NCBI RefSeq assembly: GCF_036365525.1
Contig: NC_090415.1
Span: 12,152,001 to 12,216,000 of the forward strand
Source: Heterodontus francisci
Lineage: Eukaryota
DNA length: 64,000 nt
Direction: 5' to 3'
Of the stretch, positions 22,870 through 35,539 are shown piece after piece. The notes beneath the pieces were generated by a model that was not told the DNA's origin, searched no databases, and worked only from the letters and a program-made list of their open reading frames with translations. Made by a program: the position numbers and the translations under genes. Numbering within the stretch: position 1 is the first letter of the stretch; each line of letters begins with the position of its first letter.

Positions 22870-23870
22870 TCGTGTCATGTTTGTCTTTCCCTGCAGGACA
22901 TGTGAGTGTGGGTTTCATTCTGTGCCTATCAGTATGTGATATTTAACTGTGACTTTTACTCCGTATCTGTCAATCTATGGTCAATGATTTAATTCAGTAA
23001 TTTCAATCTTCAATAGGTGATTCTGTTTTTTCTTTCTTTCTCTGGAACATTCAGTTTCTAAGTGGGTGATTATGGGTTTTGTTCTGTACCTATGAGCTTC
23101 TGCTGAGTGAGTGTGGGTTTTGTTATGTTTCTGTTAATATCTGCTTTTGGAGTCTGGGCGTTTCTCTTTATCTGTCAATTTCTGAATTGTGAATTTGGAT
23201 TTTAATCTGCACCTGTCAGTTTCTGGGATGAAAGGTTGTTTGATTTTGTCTCTGTACCTGTTAGTAAGTGACATTTTTGTGTAGCTTTACACAGCACATG
23301 TTAATTGATGACACGTCAGCATTGTTTTCACTCGACATGTCAGTCTCTGGTTTGGAGGCCTCACCTGTGTTCTGTACCCATCAGACGTCTTCATATAAGG
23401 ATGGGTTTTAACCTGTTCCTTTCAATCTGTTGTATGTAAGTACTGTTTATTATCTGTATCTGTAAGTTTCTGATGAACGAGTGTGGACTGTATCACATCC
23501 CTGTCAGTGGTTCATTAAGAGATATTTTACACTGTACCTGCCCGTTCTGATATGTGAGTGTGGGTTGTGATCTACGGCTGGCCGTTTCTGGTATGAGACA
23601 TGAGCATTGTTTTTACTCTGTGCATGTTAGCCTCAAGTGCAGAAGCTGGGTTTAATAGTACAGCTCACTCTCTGCTGTATGATTATGGATTTTCATCTGG
23701 ACAAGTTAATTTCTGGTACGGGCATGTGAATTTTATTCTCTATGCCAATTTATGGTATGTGATTATGTGTTCTTTCTGTTCTGTCAGTTTCTGCTGAACT
23801 GTATGGTGGATTTGCTTTCAATCTGCCAAGTTCTGCGATGTGAATGTTGGTTTTACTTTGTATTTGTCAT
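22870..23870. repeat. Degenerate ~41 bp tandem array upstream of H2B
   Basis: Same unit as 7630-9460. Confidence 0.7.
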
Positions 23871-23874
23871 TGAG

Positions 23875-24845
23875 AGATAGAGTCATAGAGTTATACAGCA
23901 CAGAAACAGGCCCTTAGACACATTGATGGCCGGCACAGGCACAATCAGTGATCTATTCTAATCCCATTTTCCAGCACTTGGCCCATCGCCTTGTATGCTA
24001 TGGCCTTTCAAATGTATATCTAAATACTTCTTAAATGTTGTGTGGGGTCCTGCCTCTACCACCCCTTTCAGGTAATGTGTTCCAGATTCCAACCACCATT
24101 TGGGTGAAAATGAAATTTTAAAAAAAATTCTCAAATCCACTCTGAACCTCCTGCTTCTTACATTAAATCATGGCTGATCTGTTTCTGACTTGAATTCCAC
24201 ACTCCTATCTCCTCCCAATAATCTTTGATTCCCTTGCCTGACAAGAATCTATCAATACCTGACTGAAAAATAATATATTCATTGACACCGCCTCCACCAC
24301 ATTCCAAGGCACTGAATTCCAAAGTCTCACAAACCTCAGAGGGAAAAAAATCTCCTCATCTCGGTCCTAAAAGAGTGACCCATACTTTTAAAGCAGCACC
24401 CCCGATTTCTGAACTCATCCACAAGAGGAAACATCCTTTCCCCATCCACCTTGTCAAGACCATTCAGGATCTTATACACTTCAATCAAGTCTCCCCTCAC
24501 TCTTCTAAACTCCAGTGAAAACTAACCCAGTCTGTCCAACCTTTCCTCATAAGACATCCACTCATTCCAGGTATCAATCTAATAAACCTCCTCTGAAACA
24601 CCTCCAACACATTTACTTCCTTCCTTAAATATGGAGACCAAAACTGCACACAGTATTCGAGCTGTGGTCTCACCAAAGCCCCGTCTAACTGAAGCATAAC
24701 ATCCTTAGATTAATTTTCAATTCCTGTTTTAATAAAGGATAACTTTCCAATTGCCTTTGTGATTTGCCATACCTGCATACTAACGTTTTGTGACTCAAGC
24801 ACAAGAACACCTGGATCCCTCTGCACCTCAGAATTCTGCAGTCAT
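23875..24845 (-). mobile_element. CR1 3' fragments (two)
   Basis: ORF remnants [19 protein letters not shown] and VVEAGPHTTFKKYLD; tail atagagtcatagag. Confidence 0.88.
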
Positions 24846-24847
24846 TC

Positions 24848-25040
24848 TCCACAGATACTCAGCAGGCCTGCCAGCATCTGTGGAGACAGAAACAGAGATA
24901 ACCATTCAGGTCAATGGTCTTTCATCAGAAAGGTCCGTTCTGATCGAAGGTCATTGACCTGAAATGTTAACTCACTTTCTCTCTCTACAGGTGCTGCCAG
25001 ACTTGCAGATTATTTCCAGCATTTTCTGTTTTTATTTCCA
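24848..25040. mobile_element. Inverted PLE fragment pair (paralog of 3657-3897)
   Basis: ctcagcaggcctgccagcatctgtgg...catcagaa / ttctgatcgaaggtcattgacctgaaatgttaactc. Confidence 0.7.
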
Positions 25041-25044
25041 CTGT

Positions 25045-25800
25045 ACATCGTATATTCTGGCAAATGAATGTGGGATTAATCTTTAACCTTTGGTTTCTGA
25101 TATGCAAATGTGGATTTTACCTAGCATGTTGTCAGTTACTGCAATGCAAATATCTGTTTTATTCTGTAACATTTTGTTTGTGGTAATTGATTGTGGGTTT
25201 TACTCTGTATCTGCCAGTCTCTGTAATGTGAATGTGGCTTTTGTCTGTGCATGATTTGTGAGTATGTGTTTTACTTTCCCTGTATGTTTCTCAATGTGGA
25301 TTTTGCTATGTACCTCAGTTACTTTATGTGTATATGTTGTATTCTGTTTCTGTGCATGTATGGTGAGTGTAACATTTCCCCTGTATCTATCAGAATCACT
25401 CTTGTGAGGATGGTCATTATTCTGTACTTGTTGGTTTATGGTAGTGCTTGATTTACACTTTTACGGTCACTCTCTGATATGCTACTATACAGTTTACTCT
25501 GCACTTGTCAGATTCTGCTATGTGATATTGTCTTTTATCTATCTGTCTGTGTCTGGTATCCTATTGCAAGTTTTACGGTACACCCATCAGCTTCTGGTAT
25601 TTAAGTATGAGGTTCACATTGTATCTTTCATCTTGTTCTGTGTGAATCTGCTTCTGCCTTGAACTGACAGTTTCTACTCTGTGAGTGAACATTTGAAGGG
25701 TGCTTGTTAACTTCTGCTAAATAGATGATCGTTTTACTCTGTGCATGTCAGTCACTGCAATGGGAAGTTGGGATTCATGCTGTATCTGCCATTTGATTTA
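25045..25800. repeat. Degenerate ~41 bp array (paralog of 3900-4660)
   Basis: Colinear with 3900-4660 and 63490-64000. Confidence 0.65.
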
Positions 25801-25818
25801 TTGATCTATTCTGGTTTT

Positions 25819-26855
25819 TGGCTGGCCCATAGAAGACAGAGGGTGGTAGTAGATGGAAAGTATTCAGCATGGAGCTCAGTGGCCAGTGGTGTTCCGCAGG
25901 GATCTGTTCTGGGACCTCTGCTCTTTGTGATTTTTTATAAATGATATGGATGAGGAAGTGGAAGGCTGGGTTAGCAAGTTGCTGATGACACGAAGATTGC
26001 TGGAGTTGTGGATAGTGTGGAAGGCTGTTGTAGGTTGCAACGGGACATTGACAGGATGCAGAGCTGGGCTGAGAAGTGGCAGATGGAGTTCAACCTGGAA
26101 AAGTGTGAAGTGATTCATTTTGGAAGGTCGAATTTGAATGCAGAATACAGGCTTAAAGACAGGATTCTTGGTAGTGTGGAGGAACAGAGGGATCTTGGGG
26201 TCCATGTCCATAGATCGCTCAAAGTTGCCACCCAAGTTGATAGGGTTGTTAAAAGGCGTATGGTGTGTTGGCTTTCACTAACAGGGGGATTGAGTTTAAG
26301 AGCCGCGAGGTTATGCTGCAGCTCTATAAGGCCCTGGTACGACCACACTTGGAATATTGTGTTCAGTTCTGGTCGCCTCATTATAGGAAGGATGTGGAAG
26401 CTTTAGAGAGGGTGCAGAAGAGATTTACCAGGATGCTGCCTGGACTGGAGGGCATGTCTTACGAAGAAAGGTTGAGGGAGCTAGGGCTTTTCTCATTGGA
26501 GCAAAGAAGGATGAGAGGTGACTTGATAGAGGGGTACAAGATGATGAGAGGCATAGATAGAGTGGATAGCCAGAGACTTTTTCCCAGGGTGGAAAGGGCT
26601 ATCGCCAGGGGGCATAATTTTAAGGTGATTGGAGGAAGGTTTCGGGGAGATGTCAGAGGTAGGGTCTTTACACAGAGAGTGGTGGGTGCGTGGAATGCAC
26701 TGCCAGTGGTGGTAGGAGAAGCAGATACATTAGGAACATTTAAGCGACTCTTGGATAGGTACATGGATGATAGTAGAAAGAAGGGTATGCAGGTAGTTTG
26801 ATCTTAGAGGAGGTTAAAGGATCGGCACAACATCGTGGGCCGAAGGGCCTGTACG
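25819..26855 (+). mobile_element. Young 5'-truncated CR1 LINE
   Basis: [33 protein letters not shown]; near-identical to 42235-43425. Confidence 0.93.
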
Positions 26856-26856
26856 G

Positions 26857-27194
26857 TTTAGTTTAGTTTAGAGATACAGCACTGAAACAGGCCCTTCGGC
26901 CCACCGAGTCTGTGCCGACCATCAACCACCCATTTATACTAATCCTACACTAATCCCATATTCCTACCACATCCCCACCTGTCCCTATATTTCCCTACCA
27001 CCTACCTATACTAGGGGCAATTTATAATGGCCAATTAACCTATCAACCTGCAAGTCTTTGGCATGTGGGAGGAAACCAGAGCACCTGGAGGAAACCCACG
27101 CAGACACAGGGAGAACATGCAAACTCCACACAGGCAGTACCCAGAATTGAACCCGGGTCGCTGGAGCTGTGAGGCTGCGTTGCTAACCACTGCG
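26857..27194 (-). mobile_element. HE1-type tRNA-derived V-SINE inserted in the CR1 3' UTR
   Basis: Minus-strand A box (gcgcagtggttagc) and B box (gggttcaattct), V-domain, (CTAAA)n tail. Confidence 0.9.
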
Positions 27195-27204
27195 CTGTAC
27201 TGTT

Positions 27205-28760
27205 CTATACCCCGTATCCTGAGACTGTGACCCCTGGTTCTGGACTCCCCAGCCATCGGGAACAACCTCCCTGCATTCAGCATGAATCCTGTTAGAATTT
27301 TATAGGTTTCTATGAGATCCCCTCTCATTCTTCTAAACCAAAGTAAATGTAGGCCTACTCTCCTCGTACATCAATCCTGCCAGCCCAGGAACCAAGGCGA
27401 GAACAAAATTCCTAAGATAAATAGACCAAAACTACACACAATACGGTGGCACAGTGGTTAGCACCACAGCCTCACAGCTCTAGCGACATGGGTTTGGTTC
27501 GGGGTACTGCCTGTGTGGAGTTTGCAAGTTCTTCCTGTGACCATGTGGGTTTCCGCTGGGTGCTCTGATTTTCTCCTACAGCCAAAGAGTTGCAGGTTGA
27601 TAGGTAAATTGGCCATTGTAAATTGCCCCTAGTATAGGTTGGTGGTCGGGAAGGTGGGTAGAGGTAGGGAATATGGCATTAATGTAGGATTAGTATAAAT
27701 AGGTGATTGTTGGTCGGATGGGGTTAATGTAGGATTAGTGTAAAAATAGGTGGTTGTTGGTCAGCACAGACTCGGTTGTCCAAAGGGCCTGGTTCAGTGC
27801 TGTATCACTCTATGACTCTAAATACTCCAGATGAGTCTCAGCAAGGCCTTGTGTAACTGCAGTAAGACATCTGTGCTCCTGTACTCAAATCCTCTTGCAA
27901 TGAAGGCCAACATACCATTTTCCTTCCTAATTGCTTGCTGCACCTGAATGCTTGCTTTCAGCGACTGATGTACAAGGACACCCAGGTCTCGTTGCACCTC
28001 CCCCTTTCCCTATCTATCACTATTCAGATAATAATCTGCTTTACTGTTTTAAAACCAAAGTAGATAAATTCACTTTTATCCAATTTATATTTCATCTGCC
28101 ACACAGTTGCCTACTCACCCAGCTTGTCCAAATCACATTGGAGCCTTTTGCATCCTCCTCACAGCTCACAATCCCCACGCCCCCCCCCCCCCCCCCCCAA
28201 ACCCCACCCACAGCTCTGTGTCATCTGCAAACCTGGAAATGTTACATTTACTTCCCTCACCCAAGTCTGTAAGATATATTGTGAATAGCTAGGGCTCAAG
28301 CACAGTTTCCTGCAGTACCCCACTGGACCCTACCTGCCACACAGAAATATCCCCATTTATTCCTACTCTGTTTCCTGTCTGTCAACTAATTCCCAATCCC
28401 TGCCAGTATATTACCCCCAATCCCATGTGCTTTAATTTTGCACACTAACCTCTTATGTGGGACCTTGTCAAAAGCATTCTGAAAATCCAAATGCACCACA
28501 TCCACTAGTTCTCCATTATCGAGTCTGCTAGTTAAATCCTCAAAAAACTCCAGTGGATTTGTTAAGCATGACTTCTCTTTCGTAAAACTATCACATCCTT
28601 TATAATAGACTCCAGCATTTTCCCCACTACTGATGTAAGGTTCACTCGTCTGTAATTCCTTTTTTTTCTCTCCCTCCTTGTTTTAAATAGTGAGGTTACA
28701 TTTTCCACCCTCCAATCTGTACGAACTGCTCCAGAGTCTACAGAATTTTGGAATATCCAG
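27205..28760 (-). mobile_element. Degenerate CR1 RT fragment, interrupted by a SINE
   Basis: MRGDLIETYKIL; DWRVENVTSLFK..NYRRVNLTSVVGK. Confidence 0.85.
27443..27820 (+). mobile_element. HE1-type SINE
   Basis: cggtggcacagtggttagcacc..gggcctggttcagtgctgtatcactctatgactct. Confidence 0.85.
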
Positions 28761-29944
28761 TACTTCATATGTATCTCAGGCATTGTGGTGACAACTCTTT
28801 GTTTCACACGTTAATGTATCAATATGTGTTTACTTGTGTTTAATTTAAAATATGGATTAACAATGTTTTATTGCTGTAGGTTTTATTCAATTCTTGTTTG
28901 TGAGTTGTAGCATTTTATCCAATTTGTATCTCTGCAAAAGCAATTGTGAATGACAATCTTTCAATTTTAGAGTATGATCTGACATGTAATGTTAAATTCC
29001 ATCGGTTTGCAGTAAATGAACTAATCCTGTATGTTTCTGTCTGACCCTTAGTGACATGTTTACACTGGTGTGTAATTTGTAGTTCAGTTTATATTGTGGG
29101 GTATGTTATTGGGATTCATTCTGTAGCTTTCAATCAGGTATATTTTGTCTGTTCTGTTTAAGATTTGGTATTTGAATTGTAGCCAAGGTGACACAGTGTA
29201 TTTAAATCAGATAATGTGTGTGTTTTTGGACTGTGATTCATGTATCTACCAGTCAGTTGGAGAGAAATAGAAACAAATACTATCTCTATGCTCTGTTTGA
29301 CTATTGGATTGATAATGTGTCTCTTTGGGATCAGTCTGGGTCTGACGACTTCTTTTGTTTGTTCCAGTGGAAATGATGACCTGACCATGTCACTGTAGTT
29401 TGTGACTGATACTGTACCTAATATGTGTTGGAACGAGCTGGAGGTACTTTTCCATCTATTGATGAGTCATGACTTTCGTTCTGGTTCCTGCAAGTGTTTG
29501 CCTGGCAGAAAAAAAAGGTAACTCTTACACTTGAAGAACAGGTGAGTGAGAAGACACAAAAGTAATCAATGTAATATTTTCAATAATAATCATTCTGAGC
29601 AATCACAAAAGGAAAGTTCACACATAAGCAGTGTCAGTGCCTGAGTCCACTGCAGTACTGCAGCACTCTGCTTCTGTTTCCCAGGTATTTGGAGCAGTTT
29701 TACAGCAATTTTGTGACATTCAGAAACAACCCATGCCCTGCACTGCTCAATGACACGGACGACTCAATGGAGAAGTGACATTTGCACAAGCCAGAGTTCT
29801 ATTTCCATGTCCAATTGATCAATGGACAAGAAGTAATAACTGTTTAAAAAAGTGTCCTTAATCTCCTCACCTGATCCTGCAATAGAGAGTCTTTGTAAAT
29901 CTGCCATGTCTTCATTATTCAGCCATTTTTCCCCCACCATTCAT

Positions 29945-30283
29945 CGAGAGATACAATACCTAAACAGGCCCTTCAGCCCATCGAGTCCATGCTGACCACC
30001 AACCACCCATTTATACCAATCCTATATTAATCCCATTTTTCCCTCTCACGTCCCCACTATTCTCCTACAACATACATACACCAGGGGCATTCTGTTTTTA
30101 CAATGGATAATTTACCAATCAACTTGCAAGTCTTTGGCATGTGGAAGGAAACCAGAGCACCCAGCGGAAACCCATGCAGTCACAGGGAACACTTGCAAAA
30201 TCCACACAAGCAGGGTGAAGAATCGGACCAATGTCACTGGAGCTGTGAGGCTGCGGTGCTAGCCACTGTGCCACTCTGCCACC
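29945..30283 (-). mobile_element. HE1-type SINE (degenerate)
   Basis: Reverse of ggtggcagagtggcacagtggctagc..gggcctgtttagg. Confidence 0.8.
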
Positions 30284-30529
30284 CACTTCACTATCCAACA
30301 ACAACAAACAGTGAGATATTGAATCCGAACCAGGAACGTTCATTACAGTTTGGAGAGAGAAATCAGCAATGATTTTGAAAAGGGAGTTCATCATATTCTG
30401 TCTCTCTCTCTCTGTGTCCAGACAGTGCCCGAGAAAGACCTCTCCCTTTCCCCTGGCTCACTCCATGTTCCTGGACCAGTTCCTGCTTTACAATGCATAT
30501 TACAAACAGTCCCCCAGTCCTGCTGAATT

Positions 30530-33500
30530 AGCAGAAGTAGACCATTCAGCCGCTCGAGCTTGCTCCGCTATTCAATTTGTTCATGGCTGATCAATTTCTG
30601 AGTTGAATTCCACACGCCCATCTATGCCTGATAATCTTTGATTCCCTTGCCTAACAAGAATCTATCTACCCCGCCTCAAAAATATTCAATTACCCCACCT
30701 CCACCACCTTCTGAGGCAGAGAATTCCAAAGTTGCACAACCCTCGGAGAGAATAAAATCTCATCTCTGTCCTAAAATGGCCACCCCTAATTGGAAAACAG
30801 CATCCCCGAGTTTTGAACTCATCCACAAGAGGAAACATCCTTTCCCCATCCACTTGTCAAGACCATTCAGGATGTTATACACTTCAATCAAGTCTCCCCT
30901 CACTCTTCTAAACTCCAGTGAAGAAAAGCCCAGTCTGTCCAACCTTTCCTCATAAGACAACCCACTCATTCCAGGTATCAATCTAATAAACCTCCTGTGA
31001 AACGCCTCCAACACATTTACTTCCTTCCTTAAATATGGAGACTAAAACTGCACGCAGTATTCAAGATGTGGTCACACCAATGCCCTGTATAACTGAAGCA
31101 TAACATTCTTACATTTATTTTCAATTCCTCTCATGATAAAGGATAGTATTCCATTTTCCTTCTTGATGACTTGCTGTACCTGCATACTAACTTTTCATGA
31201 CTCATGCACCAGAACACCTAGATCCCTCTGCACCTCGGAATTATGCAGTTGTTCTCCATTTAAGTAATACTTTGTTTTTTTGAATCTTCCTGACAAAGTG
31301 AACAACTTCACATTTTTTCACATTACACTTCATCTGCCAGATTTCTGACCACTCACTCAACCATCTATCAAGGTCTGCAACCTCCTTATGTCCTCTTCAC
31401 AACACACTTTCCTACCGATCTGTGTGTCATCTGCAAATTTAACTGCCATGCCATTGCTCCCCTCATCTAGGTCATGGATATAAATTGCAAAAAGTTGTGG
31501 GCCCAGCACAGACCCCTGTGTTACTCCACTTATCACATCCTCCCGATCAGAATGTTTTCTGTCAGCCAGCCAATCTTCTATCCATGCTAATTAAGTTACC
31601 CACTACACCATGAACTCCTGCTTTGCACAATAACCTTTCATGTGACACCTTGACAAAGGCCTTCTTGAAAACCAAATACTGTATGTCAATGGGCTCCCCT
31701 TTATCCCCAGTGCATTTTCCTCCTTGAAAGAACTCTAATACTTTGGTTAACCATGATTTCCCTTTCACATAGCCATGCTGAACATTTCCAATGACCTTGT
31801 GTTTTTCTAAAGGCCCAGCTATAGCCTCCTTAATGATCAATTCTAATGCCTTCCCTGAATCAGGGGTCAAGCTAACTGGCCTATAGTTACCCAATTTCTG
31901 CCTCCCCACCTTCTTGAATAGAGGGGTTATATTTGCTACTTTCCAGTCTGATGGAACCTTTCTAGAATCTCGCAAATCTTGAAAAAATAACGAGTCAACT
32001 ATTTCAGCAGCCATAACTTTAAGGACCCGAGGATGAAGCCCATCAGGACCCAGAGACTTGTCAGCCAGCAGCTCCATCAGTTTATTCAGTACCACTTCCC
32101 TGGTGATTGTAACTTCACCAAGTTCCTCTCTTCCTTCCACCTCCTGATTTACTGCTATTACTGAAATATTTTGTGTATCCTCTAGTGAAGACAGAAGCCA
32201 AATAATTGTTCATTTCAACCACCATTTCTTTATTATCTACTATTAACTCCCCATTCTCATTCTCTAAAGGACCAACACTCACTTTACTTACACTTTTCCT
32301 TTTTAAATACCTATAGAAACTCTTGCTATCCGTTTTTACATTTCTAGCTAGTTTGCTGTCATAATCTAATTTATTTTCTCCTGATTAACCTTTTAGTTAT
32401 TCACTGCCGTTCATTATATTCTCACCAATCATCTGACCTGCCACTCGTCTTTGCACAAATATATGCTTTTTCCTTAAGGTTGAGGCTATCCTTAACTTCT
32501 TTAGTTAACAATGGATGGTGGGTCCTCCCCTTGGAATTTTACTTTACTGTAGGTATATGGTTAATTTGAGTCTTCTGAAATATCCCCTTAAATGTCTGCT
32601 ACTGCTTCTCTTTAGATCTATCTCCTAGCCTAGTAACCCAGTTCAATTCAGCTAGCTCAGTTCAATTCAGCTAGCTCAGCTTTCATGCTCACATAGTTGT
32701 CCTTATTTAAGTTTAAAATATTAGTCTTAGACCCACTCCTCTCACTTTCAAACTGGATGCAAAATTCAATCATATTGTGGTTGCTGCTACCTAGAGGTGC
32801 CTTTACTCTGAGGTCATTAATTAATTCAGTCGAATTACACAATACTAAATCTAATATAACCTGCTCGCTGGATGGTTCTAGAATGTACTGCTCTAAGAAA
32901 CTATCTCAAAAGCATTCTATGCACTCCTCATCCAGGCTACTATTACCAATCTGATTTTCTTTCCAGTTTATATGTTGATTAAAATCCCCATTATTATTTC
33001 CATCCCTTTATCACAAGCACCCAATATTTCTTCTTGTCTACTTCATCCTACATTGTCATTATTGCTTCGGGGCCTGTACACAACTCCCACTAGTGACTTC
33101 TTTCCCTGACTATTCCTCATCGTCACCCAAACCAATTCTACATCCTGATCTCCTGAAGCAAGGTCATCTCTTAATATTATACCAATGCCATCCTTGATTA
33201 ACAGTGAAACCCCTCCTCCTTTACCTTGCTTCCCATTCTTATTGAATGCTTTATCCCCCTAAATATTGAGGAACCAATCCTTGTTATCTTGCAGCCATGT
33301 CTCTGTAATGGCTATTATATCATATTTCTTTACTTCAATGTGTGCTATCAGTTCCTCGATCTTGTTATGAATGCTATGTGCATTCACATACAGAGCCTTA
33401 TATTTTTAACATCTAGTGTTGACTGTTGGTGTGTTCTTAGGTTTTTTCTCTCTGAGCCTTCCCACCATTCACTGGTCTTCATTTCCCATATTACTATTCT

Positions 33501-33720
33501 GCTCTCTTGCCTTGACTCTACCCTTTGATTTGTTGCATCGACCCAAGCTTGATCCCTCTAACCCTTTGTTTAGTTCAAAGCCCTCTCTATTTCCCTAGAT
33601 ATGCAGTTTGCTAGTACACTGGTCCCAGCACGTTTCAGGTGCAGACCGTCAGAATGGTACAGCCCCCATTTTCCCAGTAATGGTGCCAGTGCCCCATGAA
33701 CTGAATCCCACTTCTCCCAC
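30530..33720 (-). mobile_element. Old CR1 LINE (paralog of 4760-7620)
   Basis: ORF 31562-32140 DKSLGPDGLHPRVLK..NYRPVSLT; APE remnants at 32657-33400. Confidence 0.9.
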
Positions 33721-33729
33721 ACCAGTCTG

Positions 33730-35530
33730 TTGGGGTCTAAGTTTCACTGTATATCTCTCAATTCCCTAGTCTACAATTTAACTCTCTCAGTTTCTGACTT
33801 TGAGTATATCTACACCTGTTTTATGTGAGAACCGTCTTATTCTGTACCTTTCAGCTTTTCGTGTGTCTCTGTGTCTGGCTTGTACTTTGTCCCCATCAGT
33901 TTAAGGCATATGAGTGTGGATTTGACAGTTAATATTACGATCTCGGGAATATGAGTGGGGGTTCACACTTCATCTTTAAGTGTCTAGTAGGCCAATTTAA
34001 GGTTTAACCTGTGCCCTTAAATTTCTAATGTGTAGCTGAGGTTTTTAACCTGTCGCAGTCACTATCTGTTATAAGAGTAAAGGGTACATTCTGGTTTTTG
34101 ATTGTGGATTTTTCACCACATCTCTACATTGTCTCGAATGTGAATGTGATTTTTAATCTGTACATGCCAGTTTCTGACATATGGCTCTGAGGTTTAATTT
34201 ATACATGTCATTCTCTGGTATGTGACTGCCAATTTTATTCTGAAACTGTCAGTTTCCTTTACCTGTTTGCGAGTTTTAGTTGGTCGGTCAGTATCCGGTA
34301 TAAAAATCTTCTTACTTATGTGTTTGTTTTGCTCTATATGTGTCAGTGTCTGAAGTGCCAATTGTTAGGTTTTCTTTGTACCTGTCAATCTCTGTTACGG
34401 ATGAGAGACTTTCACTCTCTAACTATAAATATCTTGCAATTCACTATGGATTACACTCTGTGTCTGTCAGTCTCTGGTAGTTAAGTGTGGCTTTTATATT
34501 TCAACTCCTAATTTCTGATATGTGAATGGTGATTTTAATCTGTACCTTTTGGTTTCCAGTGTGTGAGTCTGTGTTTCAATCTGTATCTGCCAGTTTCTCA
34601 TATGTGAGGATGGCATTGATTCTGTACCTGTTACTTTCTGAAATGTGTGAAGGTTTTAATCTCAGAGATACAGCACCAAAACAAGCTCACAAGTCCACGC
34701 CAACCATCAACCACCCATATAAACTAATACTACATTAATCCCATTCTCCCTCACACATCACCGCCATTCTCCCACCACCTAACTTCACGTGGAGCATTTT
34801 TTTTACAATGGCCAACTTACCTATTAACCGAAAAGTCTTTGGCATGTGGGAGAAAACCAGAGCACCTGGAGCAGACCCACACAGTCACAGGGAGAACTTG
34901 CAAACTCCACACAGGCAGTACCCAGAACTGGCAGTACCCAGAACTGAACCTAGGTTGCTAGAATTATGAAGGGCTCTACGGTACTAACCACTGTGCCACT
35001 GACAGTTTCTGGGAGCTGAATGTGGGTTTATTCTGGATCTTTCAATCTTTGGAATTTGAGTACGTGTTTTACCCTATACCTTTCTGCTTCTGTTAAGTGA
35101 ATATGGGATTACATCTGTACCTGCCCATTGATAGTAAATTAATATCTGTTTTAGTGTCCCTGGCAGTTTATGGAAAATTAAGGTGGTTTATTTCTCGACC
35201 TGCCAGATTCTGATATGTGACTGTTGTTTTATTCTGTACCTGTTATTTTCTACGATATGCTTCTGTTTTTTGATCTGTACCTGTCAGTTGCTGTTACTTG
35301 AGTGAGTTTTACTTTGCACCAGTTGATTTCTGGTATATGAGTATCAGTTTTAAGTTGTACCTGTAAAGTTAAGGTATGACAGTGTGGGTTTATTCTGTAT
35401 CTTTCAAACTCTAGTGTGTGATATGGGTTTTTTCTCTGAATCTGTCGATTTCTGGTCTGTAAGTTCCTGATAGGTATATGTCTGCAGAATTCCTTTTTCT
35501 GCAGCTATTAATGTCTGCTACGTGAGTATG
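33730..35530. repeat. Degenerate ~41 bp array (paralog of 7630-9130) containing a SINE
   Basis: Colinear with 7630-9130. Confidence 0.7.
34662..35000 (-). mobile_element. HE1-type SINE
   Basis: agagatacagcacc..ctaaccactgtgccact; internal tandem duplication ggcagtacccagaact. Confidence 0.8.
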
Positions 35531-35539
35531 TGTAATGTG

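Noticed and set aside
28180-28198. C19 homopolymer and poly-Pro ORFs (27931-28272, 28107-28292)
   Set aside because: Slippage expansion within a dead CR1 fragment; the ORFs are antisense LINE frames
32639-32676. 19-bp tandem duplication cagttcaattcagctagct
   Set aside because: Local slippage within a decayed LINE
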